A stretch of 64,000 nucleotides of DNA, from assembly GCF_009914755.1 (NCBI RefSeq), contig NC_060934.1. One strand, 5' to 3'. Of the stretch, positions 1 through 14,553 are shown piece after piece. A program made the position numbers and the translations under genes. The notes beneath the pieces are model-generated. The model was not told the DNA's origin and did not search any database. It saw only the letters and a list, made by a program, of their open reading frames with translations. Source of the stretch: the human T2T-CHM13v2.0 reference genome, Homo sapiens. The first letter of the stretch is position 1; each line of letters opens with the position of its first letter.

Positions 1-316
1 ATCTTAATTATTTTATGTAATAATCTTTGTATATTTGAATATTAATAAAATGTTCCATAAAAACATTTGTAATTATTTATGAGTACTTTATTGGAAAGAT
101 TGCAGTTAATCCTCCCTTATATAATCTTAAAAACTAATAACCATAACTGAAAAAATATTTTAGCAGAAGATGAAAATTAAGTGTGAGTTATACTTTAGGA
201 TTAATATTCCTGTTTATAACCCTTAAGTTTTATTGATAGTCCAAACATATATGTTTCTTTAGCTAAGCTATTTGATAATTATATGTTCTTTTTTTTTAAA
301 AAAAAGGCCCTTTTTA

Positions 317-917
317 ATTTTTTTTTTTTTAGATTCAGGGGCTACATGCACGGGTTTGTTACATGGATATATTGCTTAATGCTGGGTTTGGGTTTCTATT
401 GAGCCCATCACCCAGATGGTGAATGTAGTACCCAATAGGTAGTTTTTCAATCCTCACCCTGCTCCCTCCTCCTACCTTTTGGAGTTCCCAGTGTCTTTTT
501 TTTTTTTTTTTTTTTGAGATAAGGTCTCACTCTGTCACCCAGGCTAGAGTACAGTGGTACCATCTTGGCTCACTGTAGCTTCCACCTGCCTGGGCTAAGG
601 TGATCCTCCCACCTCAGCCTCTCAAGAAGCTGGGACTACAGGCGTGCACCACCACACCAAGCTAGTTTTTGTATTTTTATAGAAACAGGGTTTCACCATG
701 TTGGCCAGGCTGGTCTCGAACTCCTGAGCTCAAGCAACCCACCTGCCTCGGTTTCCCAAAGTGCTGGGGTTACAGGTGTGAGCCACTGTGCCAGGCTCCC
801 TGTGTCTCTTTTTATATAGTTTGTATTTGTCCCATCTTTATGTCTGTGTGTACCCATTGTTTAGCTCTCACTTACAAGTGAGAACATGCAGTATTTTTCT
901 GTTCCTGCATTAATTCA
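317..917 (-). mobile_element. L1PB-like 3' end split by an Alu
   Basis: T-tail, ggtttgttacatgg...cacttacaagtgagaacatgcag 3'UTR motifs. Confidence 0.7.
496..796 (-). mobile_element. Alu
   Basis: T-tail plus dimeric Alu consensus. Confidence 0.9.
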
Positions 918-982
918 GCTCTTGTTAGTTTTTAAGTAATTTTTATTGTTTTGTTTTACTTATTTTGTATTTATTATTATTA

Positions 983-1321
983 ATTTTTTTTTTGAGACAG
1001 AGTCTCACTTTGTCACCCAAGCTACAGTGTGGTGGGGCAATCTCAGCTCACAGCAACCTCTGCCTCCCAGGTCAAGCGATTCTCCTGCCTCAACCTCCCC
1101 AGTAGCTGGGATTATAGGCAACTGCCACCATGCCCTGCTAATTTTTTTTGTATTTTTAGTAGAGATGGGGTTTCACCATGTTAGCCAGGATGGTCTCGAT
1201 CTCCTGACCTCGTGTTCTTTCACCATGTTGGCCAGGCTGTTTTGAACTCCTGACCTCACACGATCCACCTGCCTTGGCCTCCCAAAGGGCTGGGATTATA
1301 GGTGTGAGCTACCGCGCCTGA
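983..1321 (-). mobile_element. Alu with internal mosaic duplication
   Basis: Alu consensus; segment 1171-1214 repeated at 1218-1258. Confidence 0.9.
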
Positions 1322-1751
1322 CCTGTTTTGTTTTATCATAAAAGTGTAGAAGAAAATATAGAGGAGCAAGAGAAAATAATTTAAATGACCCACAATCCAT
1401 TTGCCAGATATATCCATTCTAAACATTTTGGTATATCTTCCTGAGAGACTTAAATATTTTAAGCTAATTTAAATTTTCAGTTTATTTTGTATTTTGTATT
1501 TTTAGACCTGGAAATATCCTGAATGAACATTTAGTGCAACCTCTTCATTTTACAGATATTGAAATTGTGACTCAGAGAAATAAAATGACTTAAGGAAGGT
1601 AACTTTTAAGGAAAAAAAGTGCTATTAATGTTCATTTTAACATCTTATAGCATATTTTTGTGCTTTCTTCTATAGTATTATATATAATCTTCAGCCATTT
1701 CAAAAGCCTCTAGGTGTGCTTTTATCCTTTAAAAATACACAGATGTATAAT

Positions 1752-1900
1752 GGCCAGGTGCGGTGGCTCACGCCTGTAATCCCAACACTTTGGGAGGCCG
1801 AGGCGGGTAGATCACAAGGTCAGGAGATCGAGACCATCCTGGCTAACACAGTGAAATCCTGTCTCTACTAAAAATACAAAAACAAAAAACAAAAAAAAAT
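1752..1900 (+). mobile_element. Alu left monomer only, with TSD
   Basis: acagatgtataa at 1739-1750 and 1901-1912. Confidence 0.9.
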
Positions 1901-2129
1901 ACAGATGTATAAACTGGTATTAATCTCTTAAGTGTTGCAAAGAGTAATTCATTGCCATATTTTTCTCTACATACATTTCACAAAAACTAATTCATGTTCC
2001 AAATAACTGCTTTTTAAAAACTATTATTGAACTGAGAGAGTTATAGCTATAACTGGAAATCAGCTTTTCTCTTTACCTGAGTGTCTCAGATGTTTTGAAA
2101 ACATCCCCTTTCTTTACTTTAACCTAGAA

Positions 2130-2327
2130 CAGGGGTCAGCAAACTTTTCTCCAAAGGTCAGATGGTAAATACTTTAGGCTTTGTGGACCATACAGAATCT
2201 GTAGAAACTACTCAACTCTGTTCTTGTAGTGAGAAAGCAGCCATGAAGGTAAATGAATGCACATGGCTATGTGCCAATAAAACTTTATTTGTAATAATGT
2301 GTGCAGATTAGAATTTGACAACCTCTG
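2130..2327 (+). mobile_element. MER58A-like hAT-Charlie DNA transposon
   Basis: TIR caggggtcagcaaac...tttgacaacctctg; perfect 8-bp TSD ACCTAGAA at 2122-2129/2328-2335. Confidence 0.85.
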
Positions 2328-3051
2328 ACCTAGAAGATAATGTCCAAGTCCCACAAAGGTCATTTTTTTTTTCTCTGTTAAATTTAAAATCACCTTGTAG
2401 ATTCTTTTGTTTTCAATGGAATATTTTTCCTTTTTGTCCATTTGGCTTGAGTTTGCTTTTTGAATATGTAAAACATTAAAAAAGGAAAATTAAACAAAAC
2501 CATCCTGTGAAAGGACCATCACCAAGGGTTTGGTTGAATGGACTCAGCATGTTGTCCAGGCCTCCTTTTTATAGTGTGCTATCAGCCCAAAGCCGTTTAC
2601 CCCCAGTGCTCTTGTCCTAAATATTTGAGGAGAGGGCCAGGTGACCCAGCCAGTCCACAATAAGTCAGATCCATCCAGCCAGTTCAGGTGAATTCATATT
2701 CCATCAGTCTCTTTTACATCAATAATGCTCTATAAAATGTCAAATTGGGTAGATTAAATGTTACAGCAAATAAGAAATGACTTTTGGGTCCTAGTCCTAA
2801 AAACTCATAACCCCAGGCTAACCATGAGAAAAACATCAGACAAACCCAACCTGAAGGACATGCTACAAAATTCCTCACCAGCTTAATTGGGTAGAGTTAT
2901 GGATGTTGGAAGATTGCTCTTTGTAGCTATGATATTTCATAAACATTCCTTGAGGTCTTGCCCGAATGTCCAGTCACTAGGTTAGGCACCAGGGATGCTG
3001 CCATAAGTTAAGTATAATCCCTGATGCAAAGTGCCAGAATTCTTGGGGTAG

Positions 3052-3414
<363 letters not shown>

Positions 3415-3640
3415 TAACTTTCCTTTGCTGTTTACCTTTGATTTTTGACTGCTTTCTATGGTTAGTTGTATGACTAATACTCAATATGGAAGCATAAGAC
3501 ATTGATACATCTCCTGTCTTTTCTAACAGGGTTGAAACTAAGTGAACTCAGTTGAAAGGCCTGAGGAACATATTCTTCTCCCTACACTTAGGATATGAGG
3601 GTTAACAATCCTCTGAGAATTATTTTCTGGAAATCTAATT

Positions 3641-3641
<1 letters not shown>

Positions 3642-3671
<30 letters not shown>

Positions 3672-3948
3672 GAGTCTCACTCTGTTGCTCAGGTGGAGTG
3701 TGAAGTGATGTGATCTCAGCTCACTGCAACCTCCACCTCCTGGGTTCAAGTGATTCTCCTGCCTCAGCCTCCTGAGTAGCTGGGATTACAGGCGTGTGCC
3801 ACCATGCCTGGCTAATTTTTGCATTTTTAGTAGAGACGGGGTTTCACCATGTTGGCCAGGCTGGTCTCGAACTCCTGACCTCAAGTGAGCCGCCCTCCTT
3901 GGCTTCCCAAAGTGTTGGGATTACAGACATAAGCCATCGCACCTGGCC
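3642..3948 (-). mobile_element. Alu (S)
   Basis: Consensus; TSD tggaaatcta.ttctt. Confidence 0.9.
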
Positions 3949-4663
3949 TGGAAATCTAGTTCTTGATGTCCAGAATATTCATTCATTCATCTAACAAATA
4001 TGTAATGGGCACCTATTTTTGATTTCTTTGCACAATACCATTGTTATGATATGTCTTCATGTATTGGACTCTGACAGAACTCAAGTATTCTTTTCAGGAT
4101 ACTTGCAGAGTCTAGAGAAGAACCTGGGAATGCTAAGGAAAAGCAATCTTTTTTATATTAAGGTAAAGTGGTGAAATTTATAGTCAGAGTTTATGGTTTC
4201 CTGAGCAATGCAAGGACAATTTGGAAGCCTTTCCCAAGTGCACTAACACTGTTTTTATTGTCTCTGTTTTACGAGGCAGTAATTAATGGTAAAGTCACAG
4301 CAGTATCGTTATGTACCTTAGGCCTATATCAAAGCAGCACTTTTTCTGTGTTGCTAATAAATTGTGTTTGTGCTGAAAGTTAATATCTTAGGTGTTTCAG
4401 TTCACAGAGTTATGCTGTCTACACTTCGAAACCAATGTTTGGTGAATTGAAAGTCGAACCTGGTATTTCCTAATTCAGGGAACCATATATTTGAGGAACA
4501 TTATTTCACCATAATCTTGGGAGTTAAGAATAGTGGTTTTATTCACCAACTTGTTTTCAGCCCCTCTGATTTCCTTGGGGATGGAACAAAAAGCTTGGGT
4601 TGTGTGAGGGTGAAATTATTTCTCCTAAAAGCCTTCCTCCCGATTCAGGTTTCCTGGCTCTAA

Positions 4664-4876
<213 letters not shown>

Positions 4877-6245
4877 TGACCAAAAGCCGGTTATTTGGGA
4901 GGCAGTGGACAGAGGTATGCCATGTGGCTTGTGTCATCGATGAGATATTTACACACAAAAGAACTGAGCTCAAAACATCTTACGTCATTCTTTTAACCAA
5001 CGTGTTATTGAGCATCTGCTGTGGTCCTGGCACTGTGAAGAATTCTGCTATTCCTGTTTTCAAATAGTCCCATCTCTCCAGCATGCACAGACATTTTCCT
5101 GAATGCATCAGTACCAGTGGTACTGGGAGGCTGGCTACATCCTCTCTGACCAATTATTTTATTTGAAGAAAGCAACTAATACAGTTGGTGGTTCATTTGT
5201 GGTGCAGTGAATGAGTTCAAGTATTGAACCAGGTTGAGTGAAAAGGTTTATACTTTCATCCAAAAATCTGCACACAGCCCTGTGCTGGAGAGTTAGAAAT
5301 GTATGAAATCCTGCCTTTTAGGAACTTGCACAGCAGAATTGAGATGACGACACAGAAAATGTAAGGAAAGGATGAACAGCGAGACAGATGACAGGTCCTG
5401 TAGGAGTCCAGTCAAGGGACAAACACAGGAGCAGTCAAGACAAGTGGGACTTGGATCCAGGTGGAAGTGTGTGTGTGGTTTACACAGCAGAGAGGAAAAG
5501 AAAGGGCCTTTCAGATAGGAAACAAGTGAGCTAGTCTCTGAGAGGGGATATGCAGGCCTGTGCAGAGGTGTGTGGAGAGTTTAGCCTACTGGAAAATGAA
5601 ACCGGAAAAGTAGGTGGGGTGGGCTGAGCTTCCAAAGGCCTGCCTTGTGTGCTAGGGTGAGCCATCTGGATTTGATCCCACAGAAATGGGTTTAGGTGAT
5701 GTGGTGATGAATGCCATGATCTGACAGCAACTTGCAAGATGGATAGAGCAGAGGGGGCCTGCATCTGGATCAGCACGGAGGCCTTTGCGATCCTTTGGTT
5801 AAATGAATATTTATTTATGACTCTAAATGAAAATCAGAAAGCTGATTCGACTTGCAGTGAGACAAGTGAGGGATATTCAAGGAGCAGGCGGTCCCACTTG
5901 AGGCAAGTTATGTCGATCGTATCTGTGGATAATCAAATGGACATGCCACATGGTAGGTTGGTACTATTGTCCCATGCATGGCAGAGCAGAGGAATCTGGT
6001 GATAAAAAGCTGAAAACCATCCGGTAAATGCCACAGCCAAAATTCTGAGTGTGCAAGAGTTCACACAAGGTCATGCTGCCGCAGTATCACCAGGTCTAAA
6101 ACTCCTGAAAGAAACATAACAGGCGGAAGCTGTCCTTTTCTAAAATACCAGAGCTTTGAATTCGCTGATTCTGCATAGATCAGGTATTATGAGTAACACT
6201 CCAAAGGAATATGTGGGTCTGCCCAAGAAGTAGTGTGTAAAACTC

Positions 6246-6595
<350 letters not shown>

Positions 6596-6699
6596 TAGGC
6601 GGTATAATACCAATAGTTAGAATATAAAGCCATGTATAATAATGGGCTAATTAGGAGGTAGAAAGAAGTTCTAAATGAGAGCCATCTGAGTTTAAGCTA

Positions 6700-7344
6700 C
6701 AGTTGATTCTTGTTATTCACAGTAGTTATGTTCTACAAAGCTGCCACAAGCAATAAATTAGGGAATACTGAAGCTAATTTCTTTAGCAATTAAGTATTGC
6801 TCCTAGGGGAAACACTGGGTTAGGTTCCTGTAATCCTCTGGTTGCAACATTTTTGTTAACTGATCAGTTAACAGTCTTGTTCTGTGTGTGTTTCTGTTTA
6901 AAGATACCTTATTTAACATACATTATAGATTCATTAACATTGCACTCATGGCCAGCAGCACCGCAACTCATGTCTGGAGTTTATCAAACACATATTTTCC
7001 CATTTTCCCTGTAAGGATCTCATAGCCTCCTTGTGCTTAGGATCACTAGATAGCCCATCTGCACTGCATTTGGGGGTCCCTTTAAACAGCAAAATCTCCC
7101 ACGAAAGCACAAACATGCAAAAAACATGCCATTCTGTAGATCACAAAAAGGATCCTGGTTTACAATGAGAGCTAAAACAAGAAGGCAGTGGTGCCTTGTT
7201 GGACCTCAGCTGGGAATGTGCCACTGTGCACATTCTGTGAATAACCTCAGAAGCATAGTGAGTACTGATTTTGGGGTTATACATAAATATTAGCTGCTAG
7301 GTGAATTCACACATACCAAATCCATGAATAATGGGCATCAACTG
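6700..7344 (-). mobile_element. MER82-like TcMar-Tigger DNA transposon
   Basis: TIRs cagttgattcttgttattc / gaataatgggcatcaactg flanked by TA. Confidence 0.8.
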
Positions 7345-8686
7345 TACATGGTAAACCTGAGGGGCTTCATAGAAGAGATGAGTTTGAGTGAGGCATTGAA
7401 GGGCGGGTAAATGAAGATGGGAATGATGGGTGAGGAAAGATGTCAGCCCCTAATGAGTTCTACTCTCATCGCACTCATCCCTTCCTGACCATAGATCATT
7501 TCTTACTCTCGTATACCATACTGTCTTTGAAGCTTAGTTTTATTTTTATTTTTATTTTAAGTTCAGGGGTACATGTGCAGCATGTGCAGGTTTGTTACAT
7601 ATGTAAATGTGTGTCATGGGGGTTGGTTATACAGATTATTTCATCACCCAGGTATTAAGCCTACTACCCGTTAGCTATATTTCCTGCTTCTCTCCCCCCT
7701 CCTACCTTCCACTCTCTGATAGGCCCCAGTGTGTGCTGTTCCACACTATGTGTCAGTGTGTTCTCATCATTTAGCTCCCACTTATAAGTGAGAACATGTG
7801 GTATTTGGTTTTCTGTTCCTGTGTTAGTTGGCTAAGGATAATGGCCTCCAGCTCCATCCACTCCCTGCAAAGGACATGATCTCATTCTTTTTTTGTGGCT
7901 GCAAGTATTCCATGGTGTATATGTACCACATTTTCTTTACCCAGCCTATCATTGATGGCATTTAGGTTGATTCCATGTCTTTGCTCTTGTGAATAGTGCT
8001 GCAGTAAACATACACGTGCATTACATGTGTCTTTATAATAGGATGATTTATAATCCTTTGGGTATATACCCAGTAATGGCATTGCTAGGTCAAAGGGTAG
8101 TTCTGTCTTCAGGTCTTTGAGGAAGCACCACACGGTGTTCCACAATGGTTGAACTAATTTACACTCCCACCAACAGTGTAAAAACATTCCTTTTTCTCCA
8201 CAACCTCACCAGCATGTTATTTTCTGACTTTTTAATAGTAGCCATTCTGACTGGTGTGAGATGATATCTCATTGTGGTTTTGATTTGCATTTCTGTAATA
8301 ATCAGTGATGTTGAGCTTTTTTTTCATATGCTTGTTGGCCACATGTATGTCTTCTTTTGAGACGTGTCTGCTCATGTCCTTTTCCCACGTTTTAATGTTT
8401 TTTTCTTATAAATTTCTTTAAGTTTCTTGTAGATGCTGGATATTAGACCTTCATCAGAGAAAAAAATTTTTCTCCCATTCTGTAGGTTGTCTGTTCACTC
8501 TGATGATAGCTTCTTTTGCTGTGTAGAAGCTCTTTAGTTTAATTAGATCCCATTTGCCAATGTTTGCTTTTATTGCAATTGCTTTTGGCATCTTCATCAT
8601 GAAATCTTTGCTTGTGCCTCTGTCTCCAATGGTACTGCCTAGGTTGTCTTCCAGGATTTTTATAGTTTTGGGTTTTACATTTAAGG

Positions 8687-10008
8687 TTTTTTTTTTACTT
8701 TATTAAAATACTGAGTTTTATTTCATGTGTATATTTTTGTCTCCCCATCGTTTCCATGCCCAACCACCGCTACTACGATGTCCTATCATAACATTCCATA
8801 CATACTTAAACCAAAGCAAAGGGTGGAGTTCCATCTTTAAAAACTAAACAGGCATTTTGGACAACACATTCTTGGCAATGGAACCTGGACAACATTTATC
8901 AAACATGGTAGGGAAAGTTCTCACTCTGCATTATAAAAGGGACAGCCAGATATCAACTGTTACAGAAATGAAATAAGATGGAAAATTTTTAACAAATTGT
9001 TTAAACTATTTTCTTAAAGAGACTTCCTCCACTGCCAGAGATCTTGAATAGCCTCTTGGTCAGTCATCCGGAAGCAATTCTTCACATAACTGATGAACTT
9101 GGCTGCCACTTTGGGAAGAGAATCACCTTTTTCTGTACTTGCTTGCATTTTTGCTTTAATGTCTTCTACAGAACTAGGTCCTTTTGGTGTTTTAGGAGTT
9201 TTTTCCTGTTTTTTGAAGGATTCTTGTCCTTTTGATCTTGGTGTTGATGATGGTTTTGAGTCTTTTCCATTCTGATTTGACTTCTGTACATTTTTGGCTG
9301 GAGTATCTTGTATAGATTTCTTCACTGGTGCTTTTTCTTCAGCTTCCTCATTATCTTCATCATTATCATCATTATCTTCATCATCATCTTCATCTTCTTC
9401 ATCGTCATCATCATCATCATCATCATCTTCCTCAGCAGCAAGTTTTACTTTTTTCTGTGGAACCTTGCTACCACCTCCAGGGGCAGACTGCTTTCCAGTT
9501 ATACTTAAGAGTTTCACATCCTCCTCCTCTTCACCTTCTGACTCTGCATCTTCCTCCACAGCTACTAAGTGCTGTCCACTAATATGCACTGTCCCTAAAC
9601 CACACTTCAACTGTAAGATCACTGGGGGTGTTATTTCAAAGCCCCCAAGAGAAACCGTTGGCTATACAGACATTTTCAAAGTTGCCAGTGTGACTTTAAT
9701 TGGACTGCCTTCGTAATTCATTGCCTCTGCTTCAACAATGTGCAATTCGTCCTTTGCACCAGCCCTTAAACTGACTGTTTTTAAAGATAACTGGTGCTCA
9801 TCTTCATCATTATCCACCTTAAAGTGATCATCTTTGTCAGCCTTAATTCACAACCAAAAAGATAGTTCTGGGGCCTCAGGAGGCTCATGTCCATGTCCAT
9901 CGAATCTTCCATCGGGTGGCGGCACACACTTAGGTGGGAGAGAAGGCGGATGGAGATAAACCACCACTGCTCAAGAGAACAGCCGCACAGGACAGAATCA
10001 CACCAGGG
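8687..10008 (-). pseudogene. NPM1: NPM1 (nucleophosmin) processed pseudogene, full-length mRNA copy
   Basis: Intronless 5'UTR + CDS (ATG 9912, [10 protein letters not shown]; ends DLWQWRKSL* at 9014) + 3'UTR with AATAAA and poly(A); frameshift near 9843, TAG at 9662-9664; ~15-bp TSD 8676-8690/10009-10023. Confidence 0.95.
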
Positions 10009-11221
10009 TACACTTAAGTTTTTAACCCATCTTGAGTTAATTTTCGTATATGGTGTAAGGAAGGGGTCCAGTTTCAATTTTCTGCATATGGTTAGCCAGG
10101 TATCCCAGCACCGTTTCCTCATTGCTTGTTTTTGTCAGGTTTGTTGAAGATCAGAGAGTTGTAGGTGTGCAGTCTTATTTCTGGGTTCTCTTTTCTGTTC
10201 CATTGATCTGTGTCTGTTCTTGTACCAATACCATGCTGTTTTGATTACTGTAGCCCTGTAGCATAATTTGAAGTTGGGTAGCATGATTCCTCCAGCTTTG
10301 TTCTTTTGCTTAGGATTGCCTTGGCTATTCAGGCTCTTTTTTGATTCGATATGAATTTTAAAATAGATTTTTCTGCAAAGAATATCAGTGGTAGTTTAAT
10401 GGGAAAGCAGTGAGTCTATAAATTGCTTTGGGCAATATGGTCATTTTAATAATATTGATTCTTCCTATGTATTTCCATTTGTTTGTGTCATCTCTGATTT
10501 CTTTAAACAGTGGTTTATAGTTCTCCTTTTAGAGATCTTTCACTTCTCTTGTTAGCTGTTTTCCTAGTTATTTTATTCTTTTCGTGGCAATTGTGAATGG
10601 GAGTTCATTTGTGATTTGGCTCTCGGCTTGACTGTTGTTTGTATATAAGAATGCCGGCATTTTTGCACCATTGATTTTGTATTCTGAGACTGCTGAAGTT
10701 GTTTATCAGCTTAAGAAGCTTTTGGGCTGAGATGATAGGGTTTTCTAGATATGGAATCTTGTCATCTGCAGACAGGGATAGTTTGACTCCTCTCTTCCTA
10801 TTTGAATGCCCTTTATTTCTTTCTCTTGCCTGATTGCTCTGGCCAGAACTTCCAACACTATATTGAATAGGAGTGGTGAGAGAGTGCATCTTTGTCTTGT
10901 GCTTGTTTTGAAGGGGAATGCTTCCAGCTTTTGCCCATTCAGTATGATGTTGGCTATGGGTTTGTCATATATGGCTCTTATTATTTTGAAGTATATTCCT
11001 TCAACACCTAGTTTATTGAGCGTTTTTAACATGAAAGGATGCCAAAATTTATTGAAATCCTTTTCTGCATCTGTTGAGATAATCATATGGTTTTTGCCTT
11101 TAGTTTTATTTATGTGATGAATCACATTTATTGATTTGCATATGTTGAACCAATCTTGCATCCTGGGGATGAAGCCTACTTGATCGTGGTGAATAAGATT
11201 TTTGATGTGCTGCTGGATTCA

Positions 11222-11335
<114 letters not shown>

Positions 11336-13040
11336 TCATAGAATGACTTAAGTAAGAGTCCCTCCCTTTCAATTTTTTGAAATAGTTTCAGTAGGAATGG
11401 TACCAGCTCTTCTTTGTACAGGGGGTAGAATTCAGCTGTGAATCTGTCTGGTCCTGGGCTTTTTTTTGGTTGTAGGCTATTACTGCCTCAATTTCAGAGC
11501 CTCATTGTTGGTTTGTTCAGGGATTCACAGTCTTGGGAGGGTGTATGTGTCCAGGAATTTATCCATTTCTTCTAGATTTTCTAGCTTATATGCATAGAGG
11601 TGTTTATAATATTCTCTGATGGTTGTTTGTATTTCTGTGGGGCCAGGGGTATTATCCCCCTTATCATTTCTGATTGTGTTTATTTGATTCTTCTCTCTTT
11701 TCTTCCTTATTAGTTTAGCTAGTGGCCTATCTATTTTATTAACTTTTTGGAAAAACCAGCTCCTAGATTTGTTGATCTTTTGAATGGTTTTTTGTGTCTC
11801 TGTCTCTTCCAGTTCACCTCTAATTTTGGTTATTTCTTGTCTTCTGCTAGCTTTGGGATTTGTTTGCTCTTGGTTCTCTAGTTCTTTTAGTTGTGATGTC
11901 GGGTTGTTAACTTAAAATCTTTCTAGCTTTTGATGTGGGCATTTAGTGCTATAAATTTCTCTCTTAACACTGCCTAACCTGTGCCCCTGAGATTCTGGTA
12001 TGTTGTATCTTTGTTTTCATTAGTTTCAAAGAACTTCTTGTTTTCTGCTTAATTTCATTATTTACCCAAAAGTCATTCAGAAGCAGGTTATTACATTTCC
12101 ATGTAATTGTATGGTTTTGAGTGAATTTCTTAGTCTTGAGTTCTAATTCGATTGTGCTGTCATCTGAGAGCCTGTTATGATTTCAGTTCTTTTGCATTTG
12201 CTGAGGAGTGTTTTACTTCCAATTATGGATCAATTTTAGAGTAAGTATCATATGGTGATGAGAAGAATGTATATTCTGTTGTTTTGGGGTGGAGACTTCT
12301 GTAGATAATTATCAAGTCCAGTTGATCCAGAGCTGAGTTCAGGTCCTAAATATCTTTGTTAATTTCTGTCTTGATGATCTAATATTGTCAGTGGGGTGTT
12401 AAAGTCTCCCACTATTATTGTGTGGGAATCTAAGTCTCTTTGAAGGCCTCTAAAAACTTGCTTTATGAATCTGGGTGCCCCTGTGTTGGGTGCATATATA
12501 TTTACGATAGTTAGCTCTTCTTGTTGAATTGAACCCTTTATCATTATGTGACATTCTTCTTTGTCTTCTTTGATCTTTGCTAGTTTAAAGTCTGTTTTGT
12601 TGGAAGCTAGGATTGCAACTCTTGCTTTTTCCTGTTTTCCATGTGCTTGATAAGTTGTCCTCAATCCCTTTACTTTGAGCCTATGTGTATTTTTGCATGT
12701 GAGATGGATCTCTTGAAGACAGCATACCAATGGGTCTGGACTCTTTATCCAGTTTGCCACTCTGTGTCTTTTAATTGGGGCATTTAGCCCATTTACATTT
12801 AAGGTTAGTATTGTTACGTGTGGATTTGATCCTGTCATTGTGTATTTCAGTATGTTTTTGTAGTGGCTGGTAGTGGTTTTACCTTTGCATATTTAGTGTT
12901 TCCTTCAGGAGCTCCAGTAAGGCAGGTGTGGTGGTAACAAATTTCCTCAGCATTTGCTTGTCTGAAAAGGATCTTATTTCTTCTTCACTTATGAAGCTTA
13001 GTTTGGCTGGATATGAAATTCTGGGTTGAAAATTCTTTTC

Positions 13041-13349
13041 TTTTCTTTCTTTCTTTTTTTTTTTTTTTTTAAGACAGTCTTGCTCTGTCTCCCAGGCTGG
13101 AATGCAGTGGCATGATCTCAGCACATGCAACCTCTGCCTCCCAGGTTCAAGCGATTCTCTTGCCTCAGCCTCCCGAGTAGTTGGGACTACAGGTGTGTGC
13201 CACCATCCCTGGCTAATTTTTATATTTTTAGTAGAGACGGGGTTTCATCATGTTGGCCAGGCTGGTCTCGAACTCCTGACCTCAAGTGATCCGCCTGCCT
13301 CAGCCTCCCAAAGTGCTGGGACTACAGGTGTGAGCCACTGCACCCAGCC
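13041..13349 (-). mobile_element. Alu (S) within L1 ORF1
   Basis: Consensus; TSD aaaattcttttcttt. Confidence 0.9.
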
Positions 13350-14262
13350 AGTTAAAATTCTTTTCTTTAGGAATGTTGAATATTGGCCCCCAGTCTCTCC
13401 TGGCCTGTAGGGTTTCTGCTGAAGGGTCCACTGTTAGTCTGATGGGCTTCCCTTGTAGGTGACTTAGCCTTTCTCTCTGGCTGCCCTTAACATGTTTTCT
13501 TTCATTTCAACTTTGGAGAATCTGAAGATTTTGTGTCTCAGGGATGATTTTCTTGTGGAGTATCTTACTGGGGTTCTCTGCATTTCCTGAATTTGAATGT
13601 TGGCCTGTCTAGCAGGGTTGGGGAAGTGCTCATGGATATCTTGAAATATGTTTTCCAAATTGGTTTTATTCTCCCAGCTCTTTCAGGTACCCCAATCAGT
13701 CATATATTCAGTCTCTTTACATAATCCCATATTTCTCGGAGGTTTTGTTCATTCCTTTTTATTCCTTTTTCTCTATTCTTGTCTGCCTGTCTTATTTCAG
13801 AAAGACAGTCTTCAAGCTCTGAGATTCTTTCCTCTGCTTGATCAATTCTGCTTTTAATACTTGCAATTGCATTATGAAATTCTTGTATTGTGTTTTTTTA
13901 GCTCTGTCAGGTTGGTTATGTTCTTCTCTATCTTGGCTATTTTCTTTGTCAGCTCCTACAATATTTCATCATGATTTTTAGCTTCCTTGCATTGAGTTAG
14001 AACATGCTCCTTTAGCTCAGCGAAGTTCGTTTTTATCCACATTCTGAGATCTACTTCTGTTATTTCAGCCATGTCAGCTGCAGCCCCATTCCAAACCCTT
14101 GCTGGAGTGGTGATGCGGTCATTTGGAGGAGAGAGGGCACTCTAGCTTTTTGAGTTCTCTGTGTTCTTGCACTGATTCTTTCTCATCTTTGAGGGCTTAT
14201 CTACCTTCAAACTTTGATGTTGCTGACCTTTGGATGGGGTTTTGGGGGTTTTTTTCTCCCAC

Positions 14263-14553
<291 letters not shown>

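Noticed and set aside
5109-5125. 8-bp-arm palindrome cagtacca-g-tggtactg
   Set aside because: Short enough to be expected by chance in 64 kb.
9294-9716. Poly-Ser, poly-His and poly-Ile ORFs on the + strand
   Set aside because: Antisense readings of the NPM1 pseudogene (GAT)n acidic tract.
9781-10122. In-frame L1 ORF2 / NPM1 N-terminus chimeric ORF
   Set aside because: Chance frame continuity across the insertion junction; frameshifts after ~23 NPM1 codons and has no promoter evidence.
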